IMG/VR virus record: IMGVR_UViG_3300033049_000066
Coordinates: 229,279-293,278 of that record
DNA length: 64,000 nucleotides
Direction: 5' to 3' (one strand)
Shown: piece after piece, positions 10,472 through 20,112 of the stretch
Position numbering within the stretch: the first letter of the stretch is position 1
Layout of the letters: each line of letters begins with the position of its first letter
Translations under genes and position numbers: made by a program
The notes under the pieces: model-generated
What the model was told of the DNA's origin: nothing
What the model saw: only the letters and a program-made list of their open reading frames with translations
Databases searched by the model: none

Positions 10472-10539
10472 TGTAATTATTTATTGTGTAAAACGAACAC
10501 TAGAAAATTTTTAAGATGAGCGCAGCGGACTAAATATCA

Positions 10540-11240
10540 AGCACGTGGTAGATGCATAGAAATGGCATGCTACTTCTAGGATTTTTATTATGGACATTTT
10601 GACTATACGTCGAAGAAGTAAAACAGGTATAAGGTTGGTGGGCCGAGCGTAATTCCACCGTGCAAGTATTATGAAATGTACCGCTGCGCAAACGTCTTGC
10701 TGTTTAGGCGCCTCAAATTGACTACCCGAAAGGATGCTTTAAAGTGACGCGCCCATGTGCGATCAACTTTCAATTGTTGTAAATAGTAAGGAAATATGAA
10801 AATAATTCCGAGGCAAATAATTGTAAATTGCGAGATAACAGATGTCCTGTTTGCGAACAGAAACATGGCTTGCGAATGCAACTTGTCTAGTGAGATGGAT
10901 GCCATATTTGAATGGTGGAAGACCAATCAAACACCCATCTGCACATAACATCAGCTAGGTATAAGGCGGTTATGTGCGCGTTGAGCACTGCATGTAATGA
11001 GGTGATAGCAAAACCTACCTTTCTTAGTTAAGCGATTAGTGGACTAAGTGTTGTATTATACCTAGCGAACGTTCCATGCGTTTTAGTCGTCGTCTTTGGC
11101 GGCGTGGCACCTTGGCTCACTCTCCAATTCGAACTCATTCGCTAACGCTCAATCATATGCATTACTTCTATTTTAATTTGTGTTTACTAATATGAGTGTT
11201 GAAGCGATAGCGACAACACGAATAGATCTGCTTCAGATCT
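10540..11240 (+). ncRNA. Putative large structured non-coding RNA; boundaries and strand uncertain
   Basis: About 840-nt gap with no convincing long ORF. TAAATA at 10531, many hairpins, and an 11-bp loop-distal pairing (10954-10964 with 11056-11066). Confidence 0.55.
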
Positions 11241-11313
11241 TCTATACTAAACTAATTGCTTAGAAACAAATGGAATGTCACGACCACGACTTGCGTTAAA
11301 AAGTTTATATTTT

Positions 11314-11550
11314 CTAAAAAAACGGAAGGCCGGATTTTTGCGTGGTTTCGAGATTATCCTCTGCGATCTTTGTAATTAGCTTTCGTTCTGCCGAACTTAA
11401 ATTCATTGCGGTGTCGTACTGAATACCCCCACGCATAGCCCATGCATGATGTAAGCATTCTTTTCGTATAGCGAGGGATTCTTTTTCTAGTTGATCAACG
11501 AACTTGGATATTTGCTCAGAGTTTAAGATTGTTAGCTTTGATCGAAAAAA
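11314..11550 (-). CDS. gp51/T-like tail chaperone extension, probably reached by -1 frameshift
   Basis: WAMRGGIQY..AMNLSSAER motif. No good start of its own; lies in the -1 frame behind the heptamer T TTT TTC. Confidence 0.7.
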   Translation of the reverse strand, partial: FFRSKLTILNSEQISKFVDQLEKESLAIRKECLHHAWAMRGGIQYDTAMNLSSAERKLITKIAEDNLETTQKSGLPFF

Positions 11551-12434
11551 GATGTCATGTCTAACGTAAAGTGCTGATCGTACGTATGATTGCAAACATG
11601 TGTATTTGGCTTAGTATCTTTGGCGCCTTCTTCATCATTATCTAGTACTTCATCTTTGATTAGCTCGGTACATTTAATTTTTAGAGGCTTAAGAATTTCT
11701 TTAGTCTTTTGTTCAATGACTGAGGCTTTGATCTTTTTGTACATAGAAGTTTCACAATTCTTTAAAAATTCTAATATATGTTCTTCTTTACTAACTGTAC
11801 ACTCTGGTGTTGTAATTGAGGCTATATTCTTCGCGAGCGTAGTGAGTGTGTACTCTGATACTTTTTTGAACGTGTCAGAGAGTAATTTAATTTGATCTTC
11901 TTCTTTTAGTGTAGAATCAACCAATAAGTGACTCAGCTTCTGCTCTTCAAACTGTAATTTATTGTTTTCGTTTAAATCTTTGTAAGTCATTGGCTTAAAT
12001 GCGATAGTTAAATCACCTATAACCATCACTTTACTGTAGTCAGTTGGTACAATTGAGTCAAGAACCACTCGTAAATCGACGTTGTACCCAGCAACATTAG
12101 CACAACTTGGGCATTTGGTTTCAATTTCCATATCATGGCCGAAGCTAGCGATTCTAATCGCGCACAGTACGGCGGTTAAGTCCGTTACCGGCATCGTCCA
12201 AGCATCTTTAATGGAAGGAATACAGCTTTCTATAACCTGTACGACCGCTGATCCATTGAACAAAGCGTCCGGGGTTTTATACGTTATCTCGTCAATCGCC
12301 GTCATGGGTAAAACCGGCACTTCACCAGTCTCAGGTAGATCAAGTTTTCCATCACCGTAACCTTCACCCTTGCTTGGTAATGCTAAGTGAATAGAGGCGG
12401 TTCTAAAGTACTGCGATAAAGGATTTTCGCTCAT
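11532..12434 (-). CDS. Baseplate hub assembly/tail assembly chaperone (gp26-like)
   Basis: NPL..YFR...LPS.G, PMTAIDEI, AIRIAS.G and CPSC motifs. Divergent from the tape-measure gene. Confidence 0.8.
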   Translation of the reverse strand: MSENPLSQYFRTASIHLALPSKGEGYGDGKLDLPETGEVPVLPMTAIDEITYKTPDALFNGSAVVQVIESCIPSIKDAWTMPVTDLTAVLCAIRIASFGHDMEIETKCPSCANVAGYNVDLRVVLDSIVPTDYSKVMVIGDLTIAFKPMTYKDLNENNKLQFEEQKLSHLLVDSTLKEEDQIKLLSDTFKKVSEYTLTTLAKNIASITTPECTVSKEEHILEFLKNCETSMYKKIKASVIEQKTKEILKPLKIKCTELIKDEVLDNDEEGAKDTKPNTHVCNHTYDQHFTLDMTSFFDQS

Positions 12435-12511
12435 TAAATTATTTCCATAAATAGTTAGTACGTCTATTTACCAAAGACATAAACGGCGTATAAAATAATG
12501 GATAACAGTTA

Positions 12512-14461
12512 ATGGCAGACGAAACGCAAGAAGAAATTGAACAACGAGAAAAGATGGTTGAGGTTTTGCTTGAGCAGATTCGCGCTGGTGAAAAAAGCAT
12601 TGACGCAACATTAAAACGGTACTTAGCGGAAACCAAAACCGGTAAGGCCATTAGCGAAACTCACACTGCAACTACGAAACTTACTAAAGGATTCACGAGC
12701 TCAGCACAAGCACTTGCAGGCAGTACCGGCAATCTCAACGATCTCTCGTCAGTCGTCAGCGGGACCATTGGAGCGATTACAGGATTGCTAGGATCCATTC
12801 CGCTAGTCGGGCCGGTCATTGAGAAATTTGGTGATGTTGCTGCCGAGACAATGACATTTGCGATGGGGCAAATTCAAGCAGGATTTTCATCGTTTCAAGA
12901 ACTGTCAAAAGTAGGATTAATCGGCGCAAATGGCATCGACGGAATGTCACAGGCAATGCGAGACAGCAACATACCACTCGCGACCTTTTCAAAATTGCTA
13001 ACCACTAGCTCACAGGACTTAGGGTTCTTGTCATCATCCGCACTAGCCGGCAGCAAGAAATTTAGCAAATCGTTAGCGATTATGTCCGACGATGCTGGCA
13101 AACCACTACGTAGATTAGGGTTAAGCGTTGAAGAGATAGGCGAAACAATCATTGACTTCCAGGTGATGCAACGACGTCAAGGAATCCTCGGGCAGTTGAG
13201 CCAAGACCAGATAAAGAAAGGTACTGAAGAATACGCAAAAGAATTAGACTTAATCGCAAAATTAACTGGTAAGTCCAGAGCAGATGTACAGAAAGAACGC
13301 GAAGCAGCAATGAGTGATTCACGCTTTCGTGCTTCAACAGCTGAGATGGATAATAAAACACGCCAGAAGCACATGGACGTATTAGCACTGATGACCGACC
13401 CAGCGCAGAAACGTGCGTACATGGATAACGTCTCGGGCTTTACTAACACCGCAGCGGCCATACAGCAAGAAATCAATGGCATGGGCTCAACAATTCGGAA
13501 AGTAATTGATGATATCAACGGAGGGGGTAGCGCAAAAGATGCCTTCAATGCTATAATTTTACAGTCACGAGAAGTAACTAAAGTCGGCGGAATGCTCCAC
13601 CAGATGGCAAAAGTCATGGAATCTGATGGAAACCCGTTTGGTAGCTATGCTGATGCTGCCGACATGGGAGCAAGGGAATTAGTCACCACAGCTGATATTC
13701 TTAAGGCTCGCAATAAACTAATGGATACCGAGGGAACAAAAACTGATAAGATAGTTACGTCAATGATGGAATTACAAGAATCCACCGCCGCATTAAATAA
13801 TTTGTTCATCGGAACTGACGGAGCCATTGAGGTAATATCAATGTTTAGCAGCGTAATGCACAAGACAATCAAGTTCATTGAAGGCGAACTATTAGACAAG
13901 AGGAGTTTTACTGAAAAAACTGGCGAATGGTTCTCCGATTTCACTAGTGGGACCACAGTCGATAGCGTAATTAGTACAATGTCAAACCAGATAAATTCTG
14001 CCCTCGGCACTAATGATAGTCTAGGCAAGTATGTCGGCGGTAAAGTGCACGATGCGTTTGGTGACAAACCAAAATTTGCGAATGCGCCAGCCCGGGATTT
14101 CGAGTACGTTAACGGAGTTCCTGAATTCGCATCCCGCAGCCAAGGTGCCACCCCGTCTCCAATAACGCCGCAGGTAGCCCAAGTTGCCGCAGCAAGATCA
14201 ACCCCACAAGTTGATCCAATTGCCCTTCAACGCAGAATCCTAGCAAAAGAAAAAGAACTCGACGCTGGACTGAGTAAATTTAGAATTAAAGCTGAATCCG
14301 ATCTTTCAAAATCATTAAATGCGGATGAAAGAGCAGGCGGCCGAGAAATGATGTCAGAGCTAATGCAAATTCGTAACGAATTGAAGAAATTAAATAACAC
14401 CGCAACGAAGCAAAATCAAGGCATTGCAAATGTTGATAATTCGATTAAACGGGCCAGTTAA
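12512..14461 (+). CDS. Tape measure-like protein
   Basis: 649 aa, Ala/Gly/Ser-rich and helical, with LAKLTGKSR-type motif. Adjacent to the tail chaperone; late promoter at 12448. Confidence 0.7.
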   Translation: MADETQEEIEQREKMVEVLLEQIRAGEKSIDATLKRYLAETKTGKAISETHTATTKLTKGFTSSAQALAGSTGNLNDLSSVVSGTIGAITGLLGSIPLVGPVIEKFGDVAAETMTFAMGQIQAGFSSFQELSKVGLIGANGIDGMSQAMRDSNIPLATFSKLLTTSSQDLGFLSSSALAGSKKFSKSLAIMSDDAGKPLRRLGLSVEEIGETIIDFQVMQRRQGILGQLSQDQIKKGTEEYAKELDLIAKLTGKSRADVQKEREAAMSDSRFRASTAEMDNKTRQKHMDVLALMTDPAQKRAYMDNVSGFTNTAAAIQQEINGMGSTIRKVIDDINGGGSAKDAFNAIILQSREVTKVGGMLHQMAKVMESDGNPFGSYADAADMGARELVTTADILKARNKLMDTEGTKTDKIVTSMMELQESTAALNNLFIGTDGAIEVISMFSSVMHKTIKFIEGELLDKRSFTEKTGEWFSDFTSGTTVDSVISTMSNQINSALGTNDSLGKYVGGKVHDAFGDKPKFANAPARDFEYVNGVPEFASRSQGATPSPITPQVAQVAAARSTPQVDPIALQRRILAKEKELDAGLSKFRIKAESDLSKSLNADERAGGREMMSELMQIRNELKKLNNTATKQNQGIANVDNSIKRAS

Positions 14462-14484
14462 AAATACCAAAGATTGCATAACCC

Positions 14485-14492
14485 TATAAATA
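14485..14492 (+). promoter_or_regulatory. T4-type late promoter TATAAATA (representative of about 20 TAAATA sites)
   Basis: TAAATA also occurs just upstream of late genes at 12448, 16233, 16935, 26486, 27209, 33408, 45190, 46968, 50990, 53641, 54140, 58595, 60236, 62949 (+) and 2948, 10478, 12465, 35224, 38007, 46898 (-). Confidence 0.85.
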
Positions 14493-14510
14493 GTGTAAAG
14501 AGAATTAATT

Positions 14511-16235
14511 ATGGCAGATAAAAAGAATGCTGGTGGATGGAAGAAGTATTTTAAAGTAGCAGACACCTCAGGAACAATGAGTCCGATTAGTGGGCTTGGG
14601 AATATCAATGGGCAAGTTGGGTTTAAAAACTATCAGAGTAACTTACCAGAGGTGTACACCGGTCACCCTAATAGAATCGAACGTTACAATCAGTACGAAG
14701 CAATGGATATGGATAGCGAAGTTAACGCTTGCTTAGATATCATATCTGAATTTTCAACTCAAACAAACGAGCAGAACAATACCGCATTTGACTTCTTCTT
14801 TAATGAAACACCGACCGACAACGAAATTAACATTATTACTCAGCAACTTAATCAATGGGTGAAACTGAACGAATTTGATAAACGCATTTTTAAAATATTT
14901 CGCAATACAATTAAGTACGGCGATCAAGTTTTTATACGTGATCCAGAAACATTTAAATTATTTTGGGTTGAGACAAACAAAATTTCAAGAGTAATTGTAA
15001 ACGAAAGTGATGGTAAAAAGCCCGAGCAATACATTGTTCAAGACATAAATCCAAATTTCGAAAACTTAACAGTCGCAGCAAAAACAACAACTGATTTTCA
15101 ATCAGGTATGCCAAACCAAGGTTACACCGCGCCACAATCGTACACAATACCTGATCAACAAGGTGCGAGTACAGGTGGTCGTTTTTCAATGTCGCAGACA
15201 GAATCCGCTGTTGACGCAGAGCATATTGTACACATCAGCCTTACAGAAGGGCTAGACTACAACTGGCCTTTTGGACAATCAATACTTGAGCAAATATACA
15301 AAGTTTACAAACAAAAAGAATTACTTGAAGACGCTATTTTAATATATCGCATACAACGAGCACCGGAGCGCCGCATTTTTTATGTTGACACAGGCGATAT
15401 GCCAGCACATTTAGCAATGGGATTTGTTGAACGTATTAAGAACGAAATACACCAACGCAGAATACCAACACAGAGCGGTGGAGCAAACCAACTGGATGCG
15501 AGTTACAATCCAATTTCAATGAATGAAGATTACTTTTTCCCGCAAACCGCTGATGGACGTGGCTCGAGAGTAGAGACATTACCCGGTGGACAGAATCTGT
15601 CTGAGATCGACGACCTACGTTACTTCAACAACAAAATGGCACGTGGACTTCGAGTACCGTCAAGCTACCTACCAACTGGCCCAGATGACAGCCAAGGGAC
15701 ACTAAACGATGGACGCATGGGAACGGCACTGATCCAAGAATTCCGCTTCAATCAGTACTGCGAGAGAATACAAAATACTATCATCACGAAGCTAAACACA
15801 GAATTCAAGATGTTTTTACACTGGAGAGGCTTCAACATTGATTCCAAAATCTTCGACTTAAAATTTAACAACCCGCAAAACTTTGCTAGCTACAGACAAA
15901 CAGAGCTCGACGCCACGCGCCTTGGCAACTTCGGTGGTGTTACAGATATTCCTTACATGTCTAAGCGATTCGCCCTGAAACGCTACTTAGGGCTATCAGA
16001 AGCAGAGATGGTCGAGAACGAAAAAATGTGGCGCGAAGAAAATAACGTTCCAGATGAATCAGTTACTGGCGGCGCCGGTGATGACTTACGTGGTGTTGGT
16101 GTCACTCCTGGGGGAATGGACGCAGACTTGGGAGACCTAGATGATTTTGAAGGCGCCGACGAGCTTGACCTTGATCTCGACGGTGGCCCAGATGAAGCAG
16201 GTGCCGGAGCCGAGATAGATGTCGAAACGCCATAA
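14511..16235 (+). CDS. gp20: Portal protein
   Basis: LLEDAILIYRIQRAPERRIFYVDTG, EDYFFP and ETLPGGQNL motifs. Confidence 0.97.
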   Translation: MADKKNAGGWKKYFKVADTSGTMSPISGLGNINGQVGFKNYQSNLPEVYTGHPNRIERYNQYEAMDMDSEVNACLDIISEFSTQTNEQNNTAFDFFFNETPTDNEINIITQQLNQWVKLNEFDKRIFKIFRNTIKYGDQVFIRDPETFKLFWVETNKISRVIVNESDGKKPEQYIVQDINPNFENLTVAAKTTTDFQSGMPNQGYTAPQSYTIPDQQGASTGGRFSMSQTESAVDAEHIVHISLTEGLDYNWPFGQSILEQIYKVYKQKELLEDAILIYRIQRAPERRIFYVDTGDMPAHLAMGFVERIKNEIHQRRIPTQSGGANQLDASYNPISMNEDYFFPQTADGRGSRVETLPGGQNLSEIDDLRYFNNKMARGLRVPSSYLPTGPDDSQGTLNDGRMGTALIQEFRFNQYCERIQNTIITKLNTEFKMFLHWRGFNIDSKIFDLKFNNPQNFASYRQTELDATRLGNFGGVTDIPYMSKRFALKRYLGLSEAEMVENEKMWREENNVPDESVTGGAGDDLRGVGVTPGGMDADLGDLDDFEGADELDLDLDGGPDEAGAGAEIDVETP

Positions 16236-16244
16236 ATAAATACT

Positions 16245-16484
16245 ATGAACATACAAGACGTTGTACTACTATTAGAACTTGATGCGCCAATCCCAGGCAT
16301 GCAAGATGTTGGCGATGATCTCTCAACAAAATACGCAATGCGACAAACACGATTGACACTAAAACAGCTCAACAAGCTGCGGAAAATGAATGACATCCGT
16401 GAGTACGAAAAAGCCGCCAAATTGAAGAACGTCCGAGCACAGTACGGAAACGCAGATGACGGTGACGGAATGGATTCTTTTTAA
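16245..16484 (+). CDS. Small head-module protein
   Basis: Own late promoter; RQTRLTLKQLNKLRK; lies between portal and core genes. Confidence 0.7.
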   Translation: MNIQDVVLLLELDAPIPGMQDVGDDLSTKYAMRQTRLTLKQLNKLRKMNDIREYEKAAKLKNVRAQYGNADDGDGMDSF

Positions 16485-16485
16485 A

Positions 16486-16824
16486 ATGAAATCGACTGAA
16501 TTTATAACCGAATGGAAAAAGTACGATAAAGTTGACCCACTTTTGTCACAAGCTAGAAAAATAGCAACAGGCGAAATTAATAAACTTAGTAAAGAATTTC
16601 GCCTTCGGCGCAGGTGGTCTGAATGGACTGATGACAAGGTAGCTATCCAGTTTTGGCAACGTGACAATAATTATGACCCCAAGACTGTTACACTAACTCT
16701 AGAATACCAAAAATTATTAAGAAAGCTGTGTCGCCAGTTAATAAAGTCTCCGAATATTGCAAGCGCAAAGGTAACGCCAAACGCATTACACCGTCCCGAC
16801 ATTATAGTTACAGTTTCTTACTAG
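16486..16824 (+). CDS. Putative internal head protein
   Basis: N-terminus MKSTEFITE resembles the T4 capsid-targeting sequence. Confidence 0.55.
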   Translation: MKSTEFITEWKKYDKVDPLLSQARKIATGEINKLSKEFRLRRRWSEWTDDKVAIQFWQRDNNYDPKTVTLTLEYQKLLRKLCRQLIKSPNIASAKVTPNALHRPDIIVTVSY

Positions 16825-16847
16825 CACCTAGCACTAACATTTAAAAC

Positions 16848-16890
16848 AAAAGGTAATTTCGGTAAAGAATTACCTTTTTCTACCTTTTTC
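16848..16890 (+). terminator. Hairpin with U-tracts
   Basis: AAAAGGTAATT...AATTACCTTTT followed by TACCTTTTTC repeats. Confidence 0.5.
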
Positions 16891-16982
16891 TACCTTTTTT
16901 ACCTATTAAACACCTACTTTTCTCTTTTCTCTATTAAATACACGCATAAAGAATATATATATACCCTTTAGGAGATTCTAAA

Positions 16983-17744
16983 ATGGATAAATTTGAACAA
17001 CTTATAAAATACTCAAACAATGGTGAAGATGCGTTACTTAACGAACTTTTTCACGAAATTGTAGTTGAGAAATCTCGTGAAATATACGAGTCATTAATGG
17101 ATAGCGAAAATGAAATGGGCGGCGATTCAGCTGACGAACTTCTTAACGATATCACATCTGATGAAAACGGTATGCGCGAAGACGACGATCTAAACATGGA
17201 ACCAGAACTAGGTGCTGATGACGAACTAAACATGGAACCCGAAGTAGATGCTGATGAATTTGGTGGAGAAGAAGGCGAAGCTGATCTTGAAGATCGAGTC
17301 GTTGACTTAGAAGACCAACTAGATGCATTAATGGCTGAATTTGATTCTGTTATTGGTGGAGAAGAAGCTGAACTTGGTTCTGATGAACTTGGTGCAGAAG
17401 CAGGCGAAGAATTTGGTGCAGAAGCAGGCGAAAAATTTGGTGCTGAAGAAGAAAATATGGAAGGCCGTTTTAACGAAGCAGTGTCACTGACTAAAGTTAC
17501 AACAGGAATTGCTAATTCAACTGAACCAGAAGGCACAAATAAGCGTTCTATCAATGCTGACAACAGCGGTAAGAAAGGTGCAGTTGCAAAACCACACCAG
17601 ACTAACGGCGAAGAAGGCAATGTAGCAAACCCAACAGTTAAACCAGGCGACGGTACAACAGCGCCAAACGAAAGCAAAGTTAAAGAACCTAAGAAGAAGG
17701 GTGAAGACGGCGCAATCAACAAGAAAAGTTTAAGCGGTTCATAA
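16983..17744 (+). CDS. Acidic prohead core protein
   Basis: LFHEIVVEKSREIYE and LEDRVVDLED; very acidic; directly before the protease. Confidence 0.7.
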   Translation: MDKFEQLIKYSNNGEDALLNELFHEIVVEKSREIYESLMDSENEMGGDSADELLNDITSDENGMREDDDLNMEPELGADDELNMEPEVDADEFGGEEGEADLEDRVVDLEDQLDALMAEFDSVIGGEEAELGSDELGAEAGEEFGAEAGEKFGAEEENMEGRFNEAVSLTKVTTGIANSTEPEGTNKRSINADNSGKKGAVAKPHQTNGEEGNVANPTVKPGDGTTAPNESKVKEPKKKGEDGAINKKSLSGS

Positions 17745-17753
17745 GGGCTTACG

Positions 17754-18386
17754 ATGAGTATCTTACAAGAATATTTAAATTATGACGCAGCTAATGTTGA
17801 GCTTCTCACTGAAGCCAACAGCAGCGGCGGCAAAGATTTATACATGAAGGGCATCTGCATTCAAGGCGATCAAAAAAACGCCAACCAACGCATTTACCCT
17901 GCAAGAGAAATCACAACAGCCGTTAAAACACTTAACGAACAAATCAACGGTGGCTATTCTGTCTTAGGCGAAATAGACCATCCGGAAGATTTAAAGATCA
18001 ATTTAGACCGCGTGTCGCACATGATTACAGAAATGTGGATGGAAGGCGCTAACGGTTACGGTAAGTTAAAGATACTTCCAACTCCGATGGGCAAAGTTAT
18101 TGAAACAATGCTACAGTCAAAAGTTAAATTAGGCGTTTCGTCTAGGGGAAGTGGTAATGTTAACGAAGCCACAGGACACGTCAGTGAATTTGAAATAATC
18201 ACTGTAGATATCGTAGCACAGCCATCTGCTCCGGAAGCGTATCCGACAGCTATATATGAAGGCATCATGAATATGAAAGGTGGCTTGAAGTTGTTAGGTA
18301 TTGCAGAAGACGCTTGCGAGAACAAACGTGTACAAAGATATTTGAAAGAAGGCGTAATTGCGTTAATTAAAGATTTAAAGATTTAA
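17754..18386 (+). CDS. gp21: Prohead protease
   Basis: NANQRIYP, GEIDHP, GVSSRGSG, DIVAQPSAP. Confidence 0.96.
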   Translation: MSILQEYLNYDAANVELLTEANSSGGKDLYMKGICIQGDQKNANQRIYPAREITTAVKTLNEQINGGYSVLGEIDHPEDLKINLDRVSHMITEMWMEGANGYGKLKILPTPMGKVIETMLQSKVKLGVSSRGSGNVNEATGHVSEFEIITVDIVAQPSAPEAYPTAIYEGIMNMKGGLKLLGIAEDACENKRVQRYLKEGVIALIKDLKI

Positions 18387-18982
18387 TGACAGAAGCGTTT
18401 GTATATAAGTGGACACAAATATCAACTAAGAAATGGTACATTGGGTCCAGAACAGCAAAAGGTTGTTCTATGCAAGATGGGTATATTTGCTCTAGTAGAA
18501 TTGTTAAACCTTTAATTTTAGAAAATGCAGTTGAATGGAATAGAGAAATACTAGCAGTTGGCACACCAGATAATATGCGCCAGCTCGAAAGTAAAATGCT
18601 ACAGCAGCTTGATGCAAAAAATGATCCGATGAGTTTTAACGAATCAAACGCAGATGGCAAATTTAGTACCGCGGGGATTGAACCGTGGAACAAAGATAAG
18701 AAAACGGGGCACACGCCGTGGAATAAAGGACTTGCTAAAGAGCTTCAGCCAGGATACGGATTGAAGCATACTAAAGAAAATAAAGAATTATTTAGTAAAA
18801 ATCAGCAAGGAGCGAGTAATTCTATGTATGGTGCTACGCCGTGGAATAAAGGTAATACAGGTAAGAAGTGGTTTAACAACGGCTCAATTGAAAAAACTTT
18901 TATACCAGGTAACGAATTGGAAAGTTTTGTTGTAGGAAGATTGACAAAACCCAATATGAGATCGAAAGATCTTAAAATTTAG
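18386..18982 (+). mobile_element. Free-standing GIY-YIG (Seg-like) homing endonuclease
   Basis: FVY...WYIGSR...Y.CSS; PWNKG repeats; NUMOD3-like HTKE. Confidence 0.85.
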
Positions 18983-18993
18983 GAGACCACAAA

Positions 18994-20091
18994 ATGTTAG
19001 ATGCAATCAAACAATTGCTTGACAGTAACGTGATTAACGAAGATACCAGCTCAGAGATAATGGAAGCCTGGGATTCAAAGTTAACTGAGGCTCGCGACGA
19101 ATTACGTATTGAGTTACGTGAAGAATTTGCGCAGCGTTACAATCACGACAAGACAGTGATGGTGAAAGCTCTTGATAAAATGATGACTGAAGGTTTAACA
19201 GCTGAAATTGCTGAATTTGTCGAGGAGAAATCTGCACTTGCAGAAGATCGCGTTAAGTTCAACAAGAAAATGGCTGAAAACGGTGCTAAGTTCAATAACT
19301 TCATGACAGCTAAATTAGCTGAAGAAATTAAAGAACTCCGTAAAGATCGTCAGATACAAACAGAAGGCCTAAAGAAAGTTGAAAATTTCGTTGCTGAGAA
19401 ATTAGCAAAGGAAATTAACGAGTTTGCAACAGACAAACGTGACTTAGTGGAAACTAAAGTACGTCTTGTTGCTGAAGCTCGCACTCAACTAAACGCACTT
19501 AAGAAACGTTTCGTTACTGAAAGTGCTGCTAAGGTTAAGCAACATGTTTCATCAAGACTATCATCAGAGTTAACAGCATTACAAGAAGACATCAAAGCCG
19601 CTCGCGAGAATAGCTTTGGACGACGCATTTTTGAAGCTTATTCAACTGAGTTCACATCAACTCATCTGAACGAGAACGCAGAAATACGTAAATTGAAAGA
19701 TGCTTTAGAAGCTAAAGGAACAGAGTTAACAGAATCTGTAACTAGAGCTTCTAAGTTAAAAGCTCTCACTGAGAGTAAAACGAGAGAAATTCGTATGATT
19801 AAAGAAGGCAATCAGCGTGATGAGATGTTAACAGATTTGTTAGCACCACTGAACAAAGATAAGCGCGAAGTCATGCAAAATCTATTGGAAAGCGTTCAGA
19901 CAGGTCGTTTGACGAATGCTTTTGAAAAATATCTACCAGCGGTACTTGCTAATAAAGCTAAAGACACTGCTCCTTCTAAGAAGCGAGTAGTTACCGAAAG
20001 CCGTAAAGCTGTAACTGGGGATAAACGAGCTGCTAAAGTTGTAGTTGATAATAATATTATTGACATCAAGAAATTAGCTGGCTTAAAATAA
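18994..20091 (+). CDS. gp22: Prohead scaffold protein
   Basis: Coiled-coil with FGRRIFEAY and a C-terminal KLAGL; sits between gp21 and gp23. Confidence 0.85.
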   Translation: MLDAIKQLLDSNVINEDTSSEIMEAWDSKLTEARDELRIELREEFAQRYNHDKTVMVKALDKMMTEGLTAEIAEFVEEKSALAEDRVKFNKKMAENGAKFNNFMTAKLAEEIKELRKDRQIQTEGLKKVENFVAEKLAKEINEFATDKRDLVETKVRLVAEARTQLNALKKRFVTESAAKVKQHVSSRLSSELTALQEDIKAARENSFGRRIFEAYSTEFTSTHLNENAEIRKLKDALEAKGTELTESVTRASKLKALTESKTREIRMIKEGNQRDEMLTDLLAPLNKDKREVMQNLLESVQTGRLTNAFEKYLPAVLANKAKDTAPSKKRVVTESRKAVTGDKRAAKVVVDNNIIDIKKLAGLK

Positions 20092-20112
20092 GTGTAAATA
20101 GGAGATATAAAA

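Noticed and set aside
10740-10900. RNase P RNA or group I/II intron identity for the structured region (ACAGAAACATGGCTT resembles RNase P CR-V; GTGCG is present)
   Set aside because: No GAGGAAAGTCC CR-I, no group II domain V, no group I P7/S elements and no interrupted gene.
10669-10951. Minus-strand ORFs of 85 and 62 aa
   Set aside because: No RBS or recognisable motifs; they overlap the structured region.
17051-17722. Long antisense ORFs (also 27199-28089, 39973-40623, 59298-59789, 63272-63496 in an alternative frame, and others)
   Set aside because: Shadows of codon bias in well-supported genes.
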